A stretch of DNA of 64,000 nt from Candidatus Komeilibacteria bacterium RIFOXYD1_FULL_37_29. GTDB lineage: Bacteria > Patescibacteriota > Patescibacteriia > UBA1558 > GWA2-36-10. The first letter of the stretch is position 1. The number at the start of each line of letters is the position of its first letter. A program made the translations under genes and the position numbers. The stretch spans positions 12,288-76,287 of the forward strand of contig MHKS01000005.1 in the NCBI GenBank assembly GCA_001818495.1. Reading direction: 5' to 3'. Below the pieces are notes generated by a model that saw only the letters and a list, made by a program, of their open reading frames with translations, was not told the origin of the DNA and did no database searches. This document shows positions 38,609 through 48,347 of this stretch, one piece after another.

Positions 38609-40189
38609 TTAGATAATCCTATATATTATTGTTTTATCATTTTGATAAACTTCTTTGGCTCCTTGATCTCTGAAAAGATTTTTTATCATTTGATCATGGC
38701 CAAATTTATCTACAAAGATATATTGAGCTTGGAAATATTTTTTTATGTAACTAGCTGGTTTGTAGCTAATATTACCATAAGTTAGCTCTCTATAAAGCCA
38801 GTGTAAATTAGCATCGTAATTTTCTATGAAAGTAGGGTCTAAACCTATAATGTAGTAGTTGTGCGAGCTGTTGTAAAAGAGAATAGGCCATTCATCCCAA
38901 TCACTGTGAAATACTATAGAGTTTTTTGGGGTATTTTTTTCTAACCACTGGCTAGCGGGAACAAATTGGTTTATTTCATAACGGCCTGATAAACGGACAT
39001 TTAATATTTTATCATAGGTTATGGGCATAATCATAATCAGCAAAAGAGTAAAGAATATCATTAAGTAAAGCCGCATTTTAGAAGAGAAATTTTGCCATTT
39101 TATTAAATATTTTTTCTTATCTAAAAATTTATTAATATCTTTGGTGGCACTAGCGGTAAATAGAAGAGCAAATGGTAAGCAATATTCTATATATCTTTTG
39201 GATTTTAGAGTTAAGAGGAAAAATCCCAAGGCCATTAAAAAACTAAAAATACTCAAGTGGCTGGTTTTTTTTATATTTAATAGTAAAACAGCCATGGCCA
39301 ATAGAGCCACAGCGAATAAGTGAGGAGCAGAAGAAACAATTTGACTCAAGGTAGCGCCATACCATTCGCTACCGACAGTAAATTTATCACCCATATTTAT
39401 CACCCCAATTTGTAAAAATTGCTGGTAGTAAAAATAAATATTTTGTGGCCAATAAGGATTGACTATTAATCCAGTGATTAATCCAGCTAATAGGTATGAG
39501 GCTGTTTTTAGCAATTTTGGCCTTTTTTTAAAATGGTCTAGTATTTCAATGCGTTGATTTATAAATATTTTTAACTTATGTTTACTTAATTGGCGATAGA
39601 TTTTTTCTGATAAAATGTAGACAGTTAGTATCACTAGAGCCATTGGCCACCCGCCATAGAGCCAAACAAATAAAATTCCCAGCAGAGTGCTCAGTAGATA
39701 TTTTTGTTTAAATAGAGCGTAAATTATTAGGTAGATAATTAAAAGAGATAAGCTGTTGACTTTGATCAAGGAGATGCGCCAATTAAGGCCATTGAGTATT
39801 AAAAAAGATAGAGCAAATATTAGAGGCCAAGGTATTTTAAATTTTTTCAAAAGCCAGTAAAAAATCAGTATCATAGCCATAGAAAAAAATACAGTAGCGA
39901 TTTTGACAGCTAGTAAAGGGTCCCAAAAAATAGTAAAAGGAGCTAGGAGAATATGATAAAGAAGTTGATGGTCTGTGAAGTTGTCTTTGAGGGTACTAAA
40001 TTGCATCCAGGGTAGGCTTTTTATAAATATACCTTGGCTAATCAGCTGGGCAAGCTTAGCATGATAAAAACCATCAGGATCACCTATAAAATTATTCCAT
40101 TGAATCTGGCCGTAGTAAATAGACATGGTGAAAGCTAGTAGCCAATAGTCTATTTTGTATTTTTCTTTTAGCTTTTTTATGTTAAGCAT
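38609..40189 (-). CDS. GT-C fold membrane protein (STT3/PMT-like glycosyltransferase)
   Basis: DPDGFYH in the first loop, many TM segments, WLEKNTP..SIVFHSDWDEW soluble domain. Confidence 0.65.
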   Translation of the reverse strand: MLNIKKLKEKYKIDYWLLAFTMSIYYGQIQWNNFIGDPDGFYHAKLAQLISQGIFIKSLPWMQFSTLKDNFTDHQLLYHILLAPFTIFWDPLLAVKIATVFFSMAMILIFYWLLKKFKIPWPLIFALSFLILNGLNWRISLIKVNSLSLLIIYLIIYALFKQKYLLSTLLGILFVWLYGGWPMALVILTVYILSEKIYRQLSKHKLKIFINQRIEILDHFKKRPKLLKTASYLLAGLITGLIVNPYWPQNIYFYYQQFLQIGVINMGDKFTVGSEWYGATLSQIVSSAPHLFAVALLAMAVLLLNIKKTSHLSIFSFLMALGFFLLTLKSKRYIEYCLPFALLFTASATKDINKFLDKKKYLIKWQNFSSKMRLYLMIFFTLLLIMIMPITYDKILNVRLSGRYEINQFVPASQWLEKNTPKNSIVFHSDWDEWPILFYNSSHNYYIIGLDPTFIENYDANLHWLYRELTYGNISYKPASYIKKYFQAQYIFVDKFGHDQMIKNLFRDQGAKEVYQNDKTIIYRII

Positions 40190-40235
40190 GCTTTTATTTT
40201 ATCAAAAATAGCCCTAATAAGAAAGCCCGAAAAAC

Positions 40236-40320
40236 AAAAAATCTCCGCCAGGCACGGGTGCGGAGATTGGAGCTAGTTAATGAATACTTGTATCTTATTA
40301 TTTAAATTTTCATCAGTCAA
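40236..40320 (-). promoter_or_regulatory. Promoter followed directly by a terminator (attenuator or ~50-nt RNA)
   Basis: TTGACT(40320-40315)-17-TAAGAT; hairpin AATCTCCGC/GCGGAGATT with T tract. Confidence 0.55.
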
Positions 40321-40416
40321 GTGGATATCTATTTATTAGCTTAGGAGAGAATCTCAAGATTGATTTTTTGGTCTATTATTGCTAAGATATTACAAGAAAT
40401 CTATTAAATATTTTTT

Positions 40417-41124
40417 ATGAGTGGACACAGCAAGTGGGCAACAACCAAGCGCGCTAAAGAAGGTAAAGACGCTAAACGTAGTAGTTTATTTACCAAAATA
40501 TCCAAGATTATCAGTGTAGCGGCGCGCGATGGAGCTGATCCAGAGATGAATTTTAAATTAAGAATGGCCATAGACAAAGCTAAGACTTTTTCTATGCCCA
40601 AGGAAAACATAGACCGAGCCGTCAAAAAAGGCAGTGGGGATAGCGGAGAGACCAGAATAGAAAACTATATTTATGAGGGTTATGGTCCGGGCGGTGTAGC
40701 TTTGATTTTAGAGGTTTTGACCGATAATAAGAACAGAAGCGCTTCTAATATCAAACATATTTTTAGTAAATTCGGAGGCAATATGGGAGCAGAGGGCAGT
40801 GTGCGGTGGATGTTTGAAACCAAAGGGCAGATTACCTTGAAACAATCTCAGCTAACAGAAGAAGACGAATTAAAAATTATTGAGGCGGGCGCAGAGGATA
40901 TTGAAAATGAAGATGATAAAATAAAAGTAATCGTGGTTTTAGAGGAGCTAGAGAAAATAAAAAATAAATTACAGACAGTCGGATTTGCAGTGGAATCATC
41001 GGAGATGGTTTATCGGGCTAAGGATAAGGTAGTATCAGCCAAAGAAGAACAGCTTTTGAAACTCATGGATGCTTTAGATGATGATGACGATGTCAATAAT
41101 ATTTATACTAACGCGGATATTTAA
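40417..41124 (+). CDS. yebC: YebC/PmpR family protein
   Basis: MSGHSKW, YEGYGPGG, TDNKNR, DDDDVNNIYTN. Confidence 0.96.
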   Translation: MSGHSKWATTKRAKEGKDAKRSSLFTKISKIISVAARDGADPEMNFKLRMAIDKAKTFSMPKENIDRAVKKGSGDSGETRIENYIYEGYGPGGVALILEVLTDNKNRSASNIKHIFSKFGGNMGAEGSVRWMFETKGQITLKQSQLTEEDELKIIEAGAEDIENEDDKIKVIVVLEELEKIKNKLQTVGFAVESSEMVYRAKDKVVSAKEEQLLKLMDALDDDDDVNNIYTNADI

Positions 41125-41618
41125 TGCTAAAAAAAGATAAAATAATTTTAGGTTTTGATCCGGGTATAGCAGACACCGGCTGGGGTTTGATATCAAAGAA
41201 TAACCAAAGCTTGCGGTTTATTGCGGCTGGTAGTATCAAAACAGCTAAAGGAAAGAAATTTTCTAGTCGTTTGGAGATTATATATCAAGAAGTAGATGAA
41301 TTGATAAAAAAATATCAGCCAGATATTGTAGCGGTTGAAAAGTTATTTTTTGCCAAAAATGCCAAAACCGCTCTAGATGTTGGTCAGGCACGAGGGGTTC
41401 TTTTATTAGCTATTATAAAAAATAATAAAGAAATATTAGAGTTTACCCCTTTACAGATTAAGCAGGCTGTTTGTGCCAATGGACAGGCGGCTAAGAAGCA
41501 GGTTGGTTTAATGGTTAAGGCCATTTTGAAGCTTACGGCAGTTCCTCAGCCCGATGATGCAGCTGATGGCTTGGCCACAGCTATTACCGCTTCATTTTTT
41601 AATAAAAATATAGCTTAA
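41124..41618 (+). CDS. ruvC: Holliday junction resolvase RuvC
   Basis: ILGFDPG, VEKLFF, GQARGV, PDDAADGLA. Confidence 0.96.
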   Translation: MLKKDKIILGFDPGIADTGWGLISKNNQSLRFIAAGSIKTAKGKKFSSRLEIIYQEVDELIKKYQPDIVAVEKLFFAKNAKTALDVGQARGVLLLAIIKNNKEILEFTPLQIKQAVCANGQAAKKQVGLMVKAILKLTAVPQPDDAADGLATAITASFFNKNIA

Positions 41619-41620
41619 AA

Positions 41621-43096
41621 ATGAAAAAAAACCTTAAGATAGTTTCCATATCTTCAGAGGTTGATCCATATTCTAAAACTGGCGGATTGGCCGACGTGGC
41701 TCGCTCTTTGCCCAAGTCTCTTTTTCGTTTGGGTCATCAGGTAATTATTATTACCCCATTTTATGAAAAAGTGATTGATCAGGGAGCCTATAAGCTGGAT
41801 AAAATATATAGCGATGTTAGTTTGTATATGGATAGTGGAAGTGAAATTAAGGTCGCCTATTATCGGACAGAACTAGTGCCAGGATTATCAGTTTATTTTG
41901 TGGGCAATGAAAAATATTTTTCTCGTCGTAAGCAAATTTATGGATCAGACCATGAAAATGCTCGTTTTTATGTATTTTCAGTCGCCGCTTTAAAGCTGAT
42001 ATCTTTATTAAAGTTTGATGCTGATATCATACATTGCCATGATTGGCATACGGGGCTTATCCCTCATTTGAAGAAAACTCGTTTTAAAGATAGTCATACT
42101 TTGGCCAAAGCAGCCACTGTTTATACTATCCATAATTTAGTTTTTCAAATGGGGCGTCCCTGGTGGGAGGTCTCCAGTAAGAATAAAGATAATGGTAAAA
42201 AAGCTTTACCACTTTTATCCGATCATAGCTTAGAGTATTTCAATTTTGCTAAACGGGGTATTTTGGAAGCTGATGTCATAAATACTGTGTCAGAAACTTA
42301 TGCCCAAGAAATAATGGCCAAAGATTTTGGTCAAGACCTCCATCGTATTTTGCTCAATCGTCGTCACAAGTTATTTGGAGTAGTAAACGGCATTGATTAT
42401 AAAAATTATAATCCTAAAACCGATCGGGGTTTATATAAAAATTATACGCCCGACAAAATAGATTTGAAATTATTGAATAAAAGGTATTTACAAAAGTTTT
42501 ATCATTTACCGGTCAAAGATAATATCCCGCTGCTTGGTTTTACTTCTCGGATTGCTGAGCAAAAAGGCCTGGATTTAATTGTCGAGATACTTCCGACCTT
42601 ACTTTTGCGTGATGTGCAATTCATTATTATGGGGGATGGTGATAAGGAATATATTAATAAAATAAAAAAAATTCAGCGAAGATTTCCGTCTAAATTGGTT
42701 TGTGTGTCTTTTGACAGAAAAATGGAGACCTCTGTTTATGCTGGTGGCGATATGTTTTTACTACCTTCTCGTTTTGAACCATGCGGTATTAATCAGTTGA
42801 TTAGTTTCCGCTATGGCTGCGTGCCGATTGTCCGCAGTATCGGTGGGTTGTCTGATACAGTAGTAAATTTTGATCCCGAGACCAATTCTGGTAATGGTTT
42901 TACCTTTAAACATTATAATGCTAGTGAATTTTTAGTGGCTGTGACCAGAGCTCTGGAGACATATAAATATAAAACTGCCTGGAAGAAAGTAATTAGGAAT
43001 GGTATGGATGTTTCATTTTCTTGGGACTTGCCAGCTATTAAATATGTTCAATTATACAAGCGAGCTATAAAATTTAAGAAAGAAAATGGTAAATAA
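41621..43096 (+). CDS. glgA: Glycogen/starch synthase (GT5), paralogue 1
   Basis: KTGGLADV, HCHDWH, SRIAEQKG, PSRFEPCG. Confidence 0.92.
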   Translation: MKKNLKIVSISSEVDPYSKTGGLADVARSLPKSLFRLGHQVIIITPFYEKVIDQGAYKLDKIYSDVSLYMDSGSEIKVAYYRTELVPGLSVYFVGNEKYFSRRKQIYGSDHENARFYVFSVAALKLISLLKFDADIIHCHDWHTGLIPHLKKTRFKDSHTLAKAATVYTIHNLVFQMGRPWWEVSSKNKDNGKKALPLLSDHSLEYFNFAKRGILEADVINTVSETYAQEIMAKDFGQDLHRILLNRRHKLFGVVNGIDYKNYNPKTDRGLYKNYTPDKIDLKLLNKRYLQKFYHLPVKDNIPLLGFTSRIAEQKGLDLIVEILPTLLLRDVQFIIMGDGDKEYINKIKKIQRRFPSKLVCVSFDRKMETSVYAGGDMFLLPSRFEPCGINQLISFRYGCVPIVRSIGGLSDTVVNFDPETNSGNGFTFKHYNASEFLVAVTRALETYKYKTAWKKVIRNGMDVSFSWDLPAIKYVQLYKRAIKFKKENGK

Positions 43097-44243
43097 AATA
43101 ACTTGGGTAAATTTTTTGCATATTTATCAACCACCTTGGCAAAGCAAGGGGGTGGTTGAGCAAGTGGCTAGCGAAAGTTATGATTATTTGTTGACTTTAT
43201 TGGAAAAATATCCAAATTTTACAATAAGTTTGAATATTTCTGGATCTTTGGCCGAGCAACTAAATGTTTATCGTCCAGATTTATTAAAAAGATTAAAATC
43301 TTTAATTACTTGTGGGCAAGTAGAGCTGACTGGCAGTTCTCATTATCATGCTCTATTACCACTACTACCTAAAGTAGAGATAAAAAGACAAATACAGTTA
43401 AATCAGGAAGCCATAGATAAATATTTTGCCATTAAAAAAATGCAGGGTTTTTATTTGCCGGAAATGGCCTATTCTGATCAGATAGCAAAAATAATTAAGC
43501 AGCTGGGATTTCGGTGGATTATTTTAGATCCGATACATTGTCCAGATAAGATCCAACCAGGATTCAACTATATTCACAAATCAACCGGTCTAAAGGTAAT
43601 TTTTAGAGATCGTCAGATATCAAAGTCCTATCCAGCGGAGATTATTTTTAATAAATTAAAAGATAATCAGTCTAGCCAGACAATTATTAGTGCTACGGAC
43701 GGTGAAATTTATGGCCATTTTCATGAGGATTGGCAGGGCTGTTTGGAAAAGATTTTATTAAACAAAAATTTGAGCATGCCGACAGTTTCTCAGTATTTGG
43801 AAGTTTTTCGGCCAGTGAAAAAAATTTCTCTTCGGCCAGCTTCTTGGGAGAGTCTAGAGAGCGAAATAAAAAAAGGCATTCCCTTTGCTTTGTGGGATCA
43901 TCCCCAAAATAAGATTCATCAGCTATTGTGGTCTTTGGTAGCTTTGTCTATTAAACTAGTCAATAAGTATAAACGAGACAAAAATTGGTCTTGGGCCAGA
44001 CAGCACCTAGATCGTGGCTTGACTTCTTGCACTTTTTGGTGGGCCAGCGCTCAAAAACCATCAGATTTTTCCCCTCTAACTTGGAATCCAGACATGATAG
44101 ACAATGGTGCAGAGGAACTGATTAGATCGGTAAGGTCTTTGAGCTTAGCCACTAGCCCAGAAAAGATTAAAGCCGAGAAATTGTATATGGGTATTAAAAA
44201 AAATACTTGGTTTAATCATTGGAATAAATATAATAAAAAATAG
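43086..44243 (+). CDS. Glycoside hydrolase family 57 protein
   Basis: HIYQPP, FYLPEMAY (nucleophile Glu), ATDGEIYGH (acid/base Asp). Confidence 0.88.
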   Translation: MVNKITWVNFLHIYQPPWQSKGVVEQVASESYDYLLTLLEKYPNFTISLNISGSLAEQLNVYRPDLLKRLKSLITCGQVELTGSSHYHALLPLLPKVEIKRQIQLNQEAIDKYFAIKKMQGFYLPEMAYSDQIAKIIKQLGFRWIILDPIHCPDKIQPGFNYIHKSTGLKVIFRDRQISKSYPAEIIFNKLKDNQSSQTIISATDGEIYGHFHEDWQGCLEKILLNKNLSMPTVSQYLEVFRPVKKISLRPASWESLESEIKKGIPFALWDHPQNKIHQLLWSLVALSIKLVNKYKRDKNWSWARQHLDRGLTSCTFWWASAQKPSDFSPLTWNPDMIDNGAEELIRSVRSLSLATSPEKIKAEKLYMGIKKNTWFNHWNKYNKK

Positions 44244-44246
44244 TTT

Positions 44247-45314
44247 ATGAAGTTATCAGAAACTACTAAACAAAAAATCGCTCAGCTAATAGCCAAAGAT
44301 TTTGTTTGTCATATTTTTAATGAACGCTTGAAAAAGTATTATTCGGATTTTAAAGAAGTTAAAAGTATTGAAACAAAGCCTTTTAAAAAACATCTGGGAT
44401 TAACTAGTGCCGTCTTTGTAGTGGAGTATCAGATTAAATATCTGAGCAGTCAGGGCGCTTTAAAAGATTTGGATATTTTTGTTTCAGCTCATTCTGATGG
44501 TTCTAGAAAGGGAGCTTATGAAAAAACCAAGACTTTGTATGAGCATGGTTTTGGCCAAGGAAAATATAGAGTAACCAAACCTTTGTTTTTTTTGGATGAG
44601 CAACAAGCTTTTTTTTATGTCTCTTCCCCCGGCCGAAGCTTTTTTAGTTTTTTTCTAGAAAATACCCAAGCTGATTTGACCAAGGCTATGGAATTAATGG
44701 CTGGTTGGCTTAAACAGTTACACAATTTTGATACAAAAATAGCAAATTTTAAGTGGCCAATTTTTAATATTTTAGATATGGTACCTACTCCGCAAAAATT
44801 CGTTAAGGATTTTTATAATAGTAGTGACAAATTAGGCCAACACATGGATAATTTAGTCAAAGACCTTCAGGCTTTGGATTTAGAGTATCGTCAGAAAAAT
44901 AAAGAGACTTTAGTTTATGGTGATTTTCATCCAGAAAATGTCATTATGCGTGGTCTAGATGTCCAGGACATTGAAATGATTGATTTTACCGACATTGCTC
45001 TAGGAGATCCGATGATGGATATTGGTGCATTTATTCAGCAATTTGATTTTATGGGTCACAATTTTATTTCTCGCCCAGAGATTGATAGACACAAACAATC
45101 TTTTGTGGAAATTTATTTTGGTCAAAAATTTGAAGAAATTGATATTGAATATATTAACCGTATCAATTTATATCAGTCTTGGACGGCTATGCGCACCGCA
45201 GTTTTTCTTTTTTATATGAAAAATGTTTTTAATCCTATTGATGATCTTTTGCTCGATAGCATCAAGTATTTAGACATGGCCAAAAATAGTCAGCGCGCTA
45301 TTAATATTAGTTAA
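44247..45314 (+). CDS. APH/choline-kinase-like phosphotransferase
   Basis: LVYGDFHPENV, IDFTD, GDPMMDIG. Confidence 0.8.
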   Translation: MKLSETTKQKIAQLIAKDFVCHIFNERLKKYYSDFKEVKSIETKPFKKHLGLTSAVFVVEYQIKYLSSQGALKDLDIFVSAHSDGSRKGAYEKTKTLYEHGFGQGKYRVTKPLFFLDEQQAFFYVSSPGRSFFSFFLENTQADLTKAMELMAGWLKQLHNFDTKIANFKWPIFNILDMVPTPQKFVKDFYNSSDKLGQHMDNLVKDLQALDLEYRQKNKETLVYGDFHPENVIMRGLDVQDIEMIDFTDIALGDPMMDIGAFIQQFDFMGHNFISRPEIDRHKQSFVEIYFGQKFEEIDIEYINRINLYQSWTAMRTAVFLFYMKNVFNPIDDLLLDSIKYLDMAKNSQRAINIS

Positions 45315-45315
45315 T

Positions 45316-45894
45316 ATGAAAAAACTTAAATACAATATTATTTTTGAAGGAGCAGAGTTAGCTGGCAAAAGCTACTTAATGAGTCAGGTTTATGATTATT
45401 TGGAGCCCAAATACAATAGTGGAGGCAAGATTATGGATGGTTGTCATTGGTTCAATTGCGATGTGGGAATTTTTGGTACCAAATTTGGTCAAAAAGCCCT
45501 CGAACATTATTTAGGACTGTTGGAGGATATAACAGATGTTAGTGTTATGATAGAAAAATTTCACCTGACGGAAGCAGTTTATCAAAAATTGTATAATCAG
45601 AAAGATTTTAATTTTTCCAAGATGGAAGAGCGGCTTTATAAGATAAAAACTAAGATTGTTTTATTAATTTTTGATGAAGATGAAAAATTACTCCAGCAAA
45701 GATTGGATGATCGCTTAAAATTGTACCATCACTATAGTCGGATTGCCAGTCGTCCGGCAGATTATATCAAACAGCAACAGCTTTATTTGGAGTTTATAAA
45801 AAAAAGTAAGTTAGATTATTTGATTATCAACTCATCGAAGTTGCCCAATCCGTCTTTGGTAGCTAAGATTTTGGAATTTTTAGGAGAAAAATAA
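45316..45894 (+). CDS. P-loop nucleotide-kinase-like protein
   Basis: IIFEGAELAGKS, IEKFHLTEAVY (thymidylate-kinase-like layout). Confidence 0.7.
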   Translation: MKKLKYNIIFEGAELAGKSYLMSQVYDYLEPKYNSGGKIMDGCHWFNCDVGIFGTKFGQKALEHYLGLLEDITDVSVMIEKFHLTEAVYQKLYNQKDFNFSKMEERLYKIKTKIVLLIFDEDEKLLQQRLDDRLKLYHHYSRIASRPADYIKQQQLYLEFIKKSKLDYLIINSSKLPNPSLVAKILEFLGEK

Positions 45895-45910
45895 TATTTA
45901 GGATAATTTT

Positions 45911-46756
45911 ATGCGCCAAGCTTTTATTGGTTTTGATGTCGGTGGCACCAACATTGCCGCCGGAATAGTTTCGCCCCATGGTAGGATTTTAAAGTTTATT
46001 TCTCATCCCGCTGAAGCTAAAAAAGGAAAAAAACAAATTGCTCAAAATACTCTATTAGTTTTGGATAGTCTTTTAAAATCCAATATTAGCTGTTTGGGGC
46101 TATGTTTGGCTTGGCCTAGTCCAGCCAATATGCCGCTAACCTTAGAGGAAATAAAGGGTATTATAAACAAGAAATATCGTTATCCAATTTATTTTGAAAA
46201 TGATGCCAATTTGTTTACTTTGGCCGAGGCTTTAATTGGTCAGGGTAAGAAATATAAAACAGTAGTGGGGCTGACTCTGGGTACTGGTATTGGTTGCGGG
46301 GTAGTAGATAATAAAAAGATTTTCAATGGGCGTGGTTTAGCTTCTGAATTTGGTCATGTTTCATTAAATTTTAATGGACCAGTTTGTGTTTGCGGTCAGC
46401 GCGGCTGTTTTGAGGAATATGCAGGATCTAGGACTTTGCGGCGCTTGGCTAAAAAATATAAATTATCCAGTCAAACTGGTCGCGAGCTTTATGATTTAGC
46501 CAAAGGTGGAAATAAAAAAGCCTTAAAAGTTTGGCAGGACTTTGGTAAAAATTTAGGCCTAGGTTTAAATGGCGTAATCAAGGCCTATGATCCAGATATT
46601 ATAGTTTTGGGTGGTCAAATATCTCGGGCTTATCAGTTTTTCAAAGGAGCTATGTATCAAGAGTTACGCTACAGGCCATTTTTTAAACTACCAATCATTA
46701 AAGTGTCAAAGTTAAAAAACGCAGCCATTGTGGCAGCCGCTTTTATGGACAAATAA
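45911..46756 (+). CDS. ROK family sugar kinase (glucokinase-like)
   Basis: FDVGGT, ENDAN, GTGIG, EFGH, CVCGQRGCFE. Confidence 0.9.
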   Translation: MRQAFIGFDVGGTNIAAGIVSPHGRILKFISHPAEAKKGKKQIAQNTLLVLDSLLKSNISCLGLCLAWPSPANMPLTLEEIKGIINKKYRYPIYFENDANLFTLAEALIGQGKKYKTVVGLTLGTGIGCGVVDNKKIFNGRGLASEFGHVSLNFNGPVCVCGQRGCFEEYAGSRTLRRLAKKYKLSSQTGRELYDLAKGGNKKALKVWQDFGKNLGLGLNGVIKAYDPDIIVLGGQISRAYQFFKGAMYQELRYRPFFKLPIIKVSKLKNAAIVAAAFMDK

Positions 46757-46776
46757 ATTAAGCAAAGCTTTCGATT

Positions 46777-46816
46777 AAAAGCGTCTTTTTAGTAATAGTC
46801 TAAGGAGGCGTTTTTT
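46777..46816 (+). terminator. Terminator after ROK, overlapping the glgA2 extended -10 (TGGTATAAT 46816-46824)
   Basis: AAAAGCGTCTTTTTAG...CTAAGGAGGCGTTTTTT. Confidence 0.7.
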
Positions 46817-46858
46817 GGTATAATGATGGTATTAAATATTATTTAAAAACTAGCAATA

Positions 46859-48343
46859 ATGGCCGATAATAAATTAGAAATAGTCATGACTGGAGCAGAG
46901 ATGTCGCCGTTTGTTAAGGTTGGTGGTTTGGGTGATGTAGCCGGATCATTACCTTTAGCTTTGGCTAAATTGGGTGTTAATGTTAAGTTTTTTCTGCCAC
47001 TTTATGGAGCCATTGATAGAAATAAATTTAAAATTAAACAGTTTAAAAAAGATTTTAGTGTCATAATACACGGACAAGAACATTTTTTTGATATTTATCA
47101 AACCAAATTGGCGACGGGCGTCAATGTTTTTTTTATAAAAAATGAGGTGTTTGATTTCGCGGATATTTATATTGGTGGTCGCAAATATCTGGACAAGAAT
47201 AAACAGGGGGTTTATACCCGTAAGCTCAGCGACATAAAAAGATTTGTCTTTTTTTCCAAGGCAGTAGTGGAAACCATAAAACAATTGAAATGGCAGCCAG
47301 ATTTGGTCCATGCGCATGATTGGCATACGGCTATGTTGCCAGCTTTTATTGATGAATATAGCCTAAAATATGATAATTTTAAAAATATTAAGAGTCTTTA
47401 TACTATTCACAATTTGGCCAACCAAGGAGTAGCTGGTTTGGATATCTTAGATTATGCTGGTTTGGATAAAGATTTGAGTCCAGCAGTTATGGAAGATTAT
47501 CATGATCAGGACGGTGGCAAAATCAATGCCATGAAATTGGGTATCTTATCAGCTGATTATATCAATACTGTCAGCCCCAGCTATGCTAAAGAGATCTTAA
47601 CCAAAGAATATGGTGCTCATTTAGAAGAGTATTTGAATCGCCGGAAAAAACATTTAGTGGGTATTTTAAATGGTTTGGATTTTAAGTTATTTGATCCAGC
47701 CAAAGATAAAAACATCGGGCAGAATTATTCAGTTAAAGATTTTTTAAAAGGTAAGGAGAGTAATAAACAAGTTTTACAAAAAGTTAGCCAATTACCAGTC
47801 AGAGATGTTCCGGTTTTTGGTTTGGTGTCTCGTTTGGTTGCCCAGAAAGGCCTAGATATTTTACTGGAAGCCCTAGAAGAAAGGATAACTCAGTTTGATT
47901 TTCAAATAATAATACTGGGCACGGGACAAAAATATTTCGAAGATCATTTTAGGTCCTTAGCGCAAAAATATCCAGAAAAATTCGCGGCTCACATTGGTTT
48001 TTCTCTGCCTTTGGCGCAAAAAGTTTATGCGGGAGCGGATTTTTTTCTAATGCCATCTCGTTTTGAGCCTTGTGGCTTGGGGCAAATGATAGCCATGCGC
48101 TATGGGGCTATACCAGTAGTCCGAGCTACTGGGGGGTTAAAAGATACAGTAGTCGATAATAAAACCGGTTTGGTCTTTAAGGCTTATAATAAACAGGAAA
48201 TGGGGAAAGTTTTGGATAGATCTTTGACCCTCTATAAAAATAAAGCCAAATTTGTTAAAATTTTAAAGGCTGGGATGGAACAAGATTTTTCTTGGGACAA
48301 ATCGGCTAAAGAGTATTTGAAGCTCTATAATAAATTGAAATAG
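46859..48343 (+). CDS. glgA: Glycogen/starch synthase (GT5), paralogue 2
   Basis: KVGGLGDV, HAHDWH, SRLVAQKG, PSRFEPCG. Confidence 0.92.
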   Translation: MADNKLEIVMTGAEMSPFVKVGGLGDVAGSLPLALAKLGVNVKFFLPLYGAIDRNKFKIKQFKKDFSVIIHGQEHFFDIYQTKLATGVNVFFIKNEVFDFADIYIGGRKYLDKNKQGVYTRKLSDIKRFVFFSKAVVETIKQLKWQPDLVHAHDWHTAMLPAFIDEYSLKYDNFKNIKSLYTIHNLANQGVAGLDILDYAGLDKDLSPAVMEDYHDQDGGKINAMKLGILSADYINTVSPSYAKEILTKEYGAHLEEYLNRRKKHLVGILNGLDFKLFDPAKDKNIGQNYSVKDFLKGKESNKQVLQKVSQLPVRDVPVFGLVSRLVAQKGLDILLEALEERITQFDFQIIILGTGQKYFEDHFRSLAQKYPEKFAAHIGFSLPLAQKVYAGADFFLMPSRFEPCGLGQMIAMRYGAIPVVRATGGLKDTVVDNKTGLVFKAYNKQEMGKVLDRSLTLYKNKAKFVKILKAGMEQDFSWDKSAKEYLKLYNKLK

Positions 48344-48347
48344 CCTT

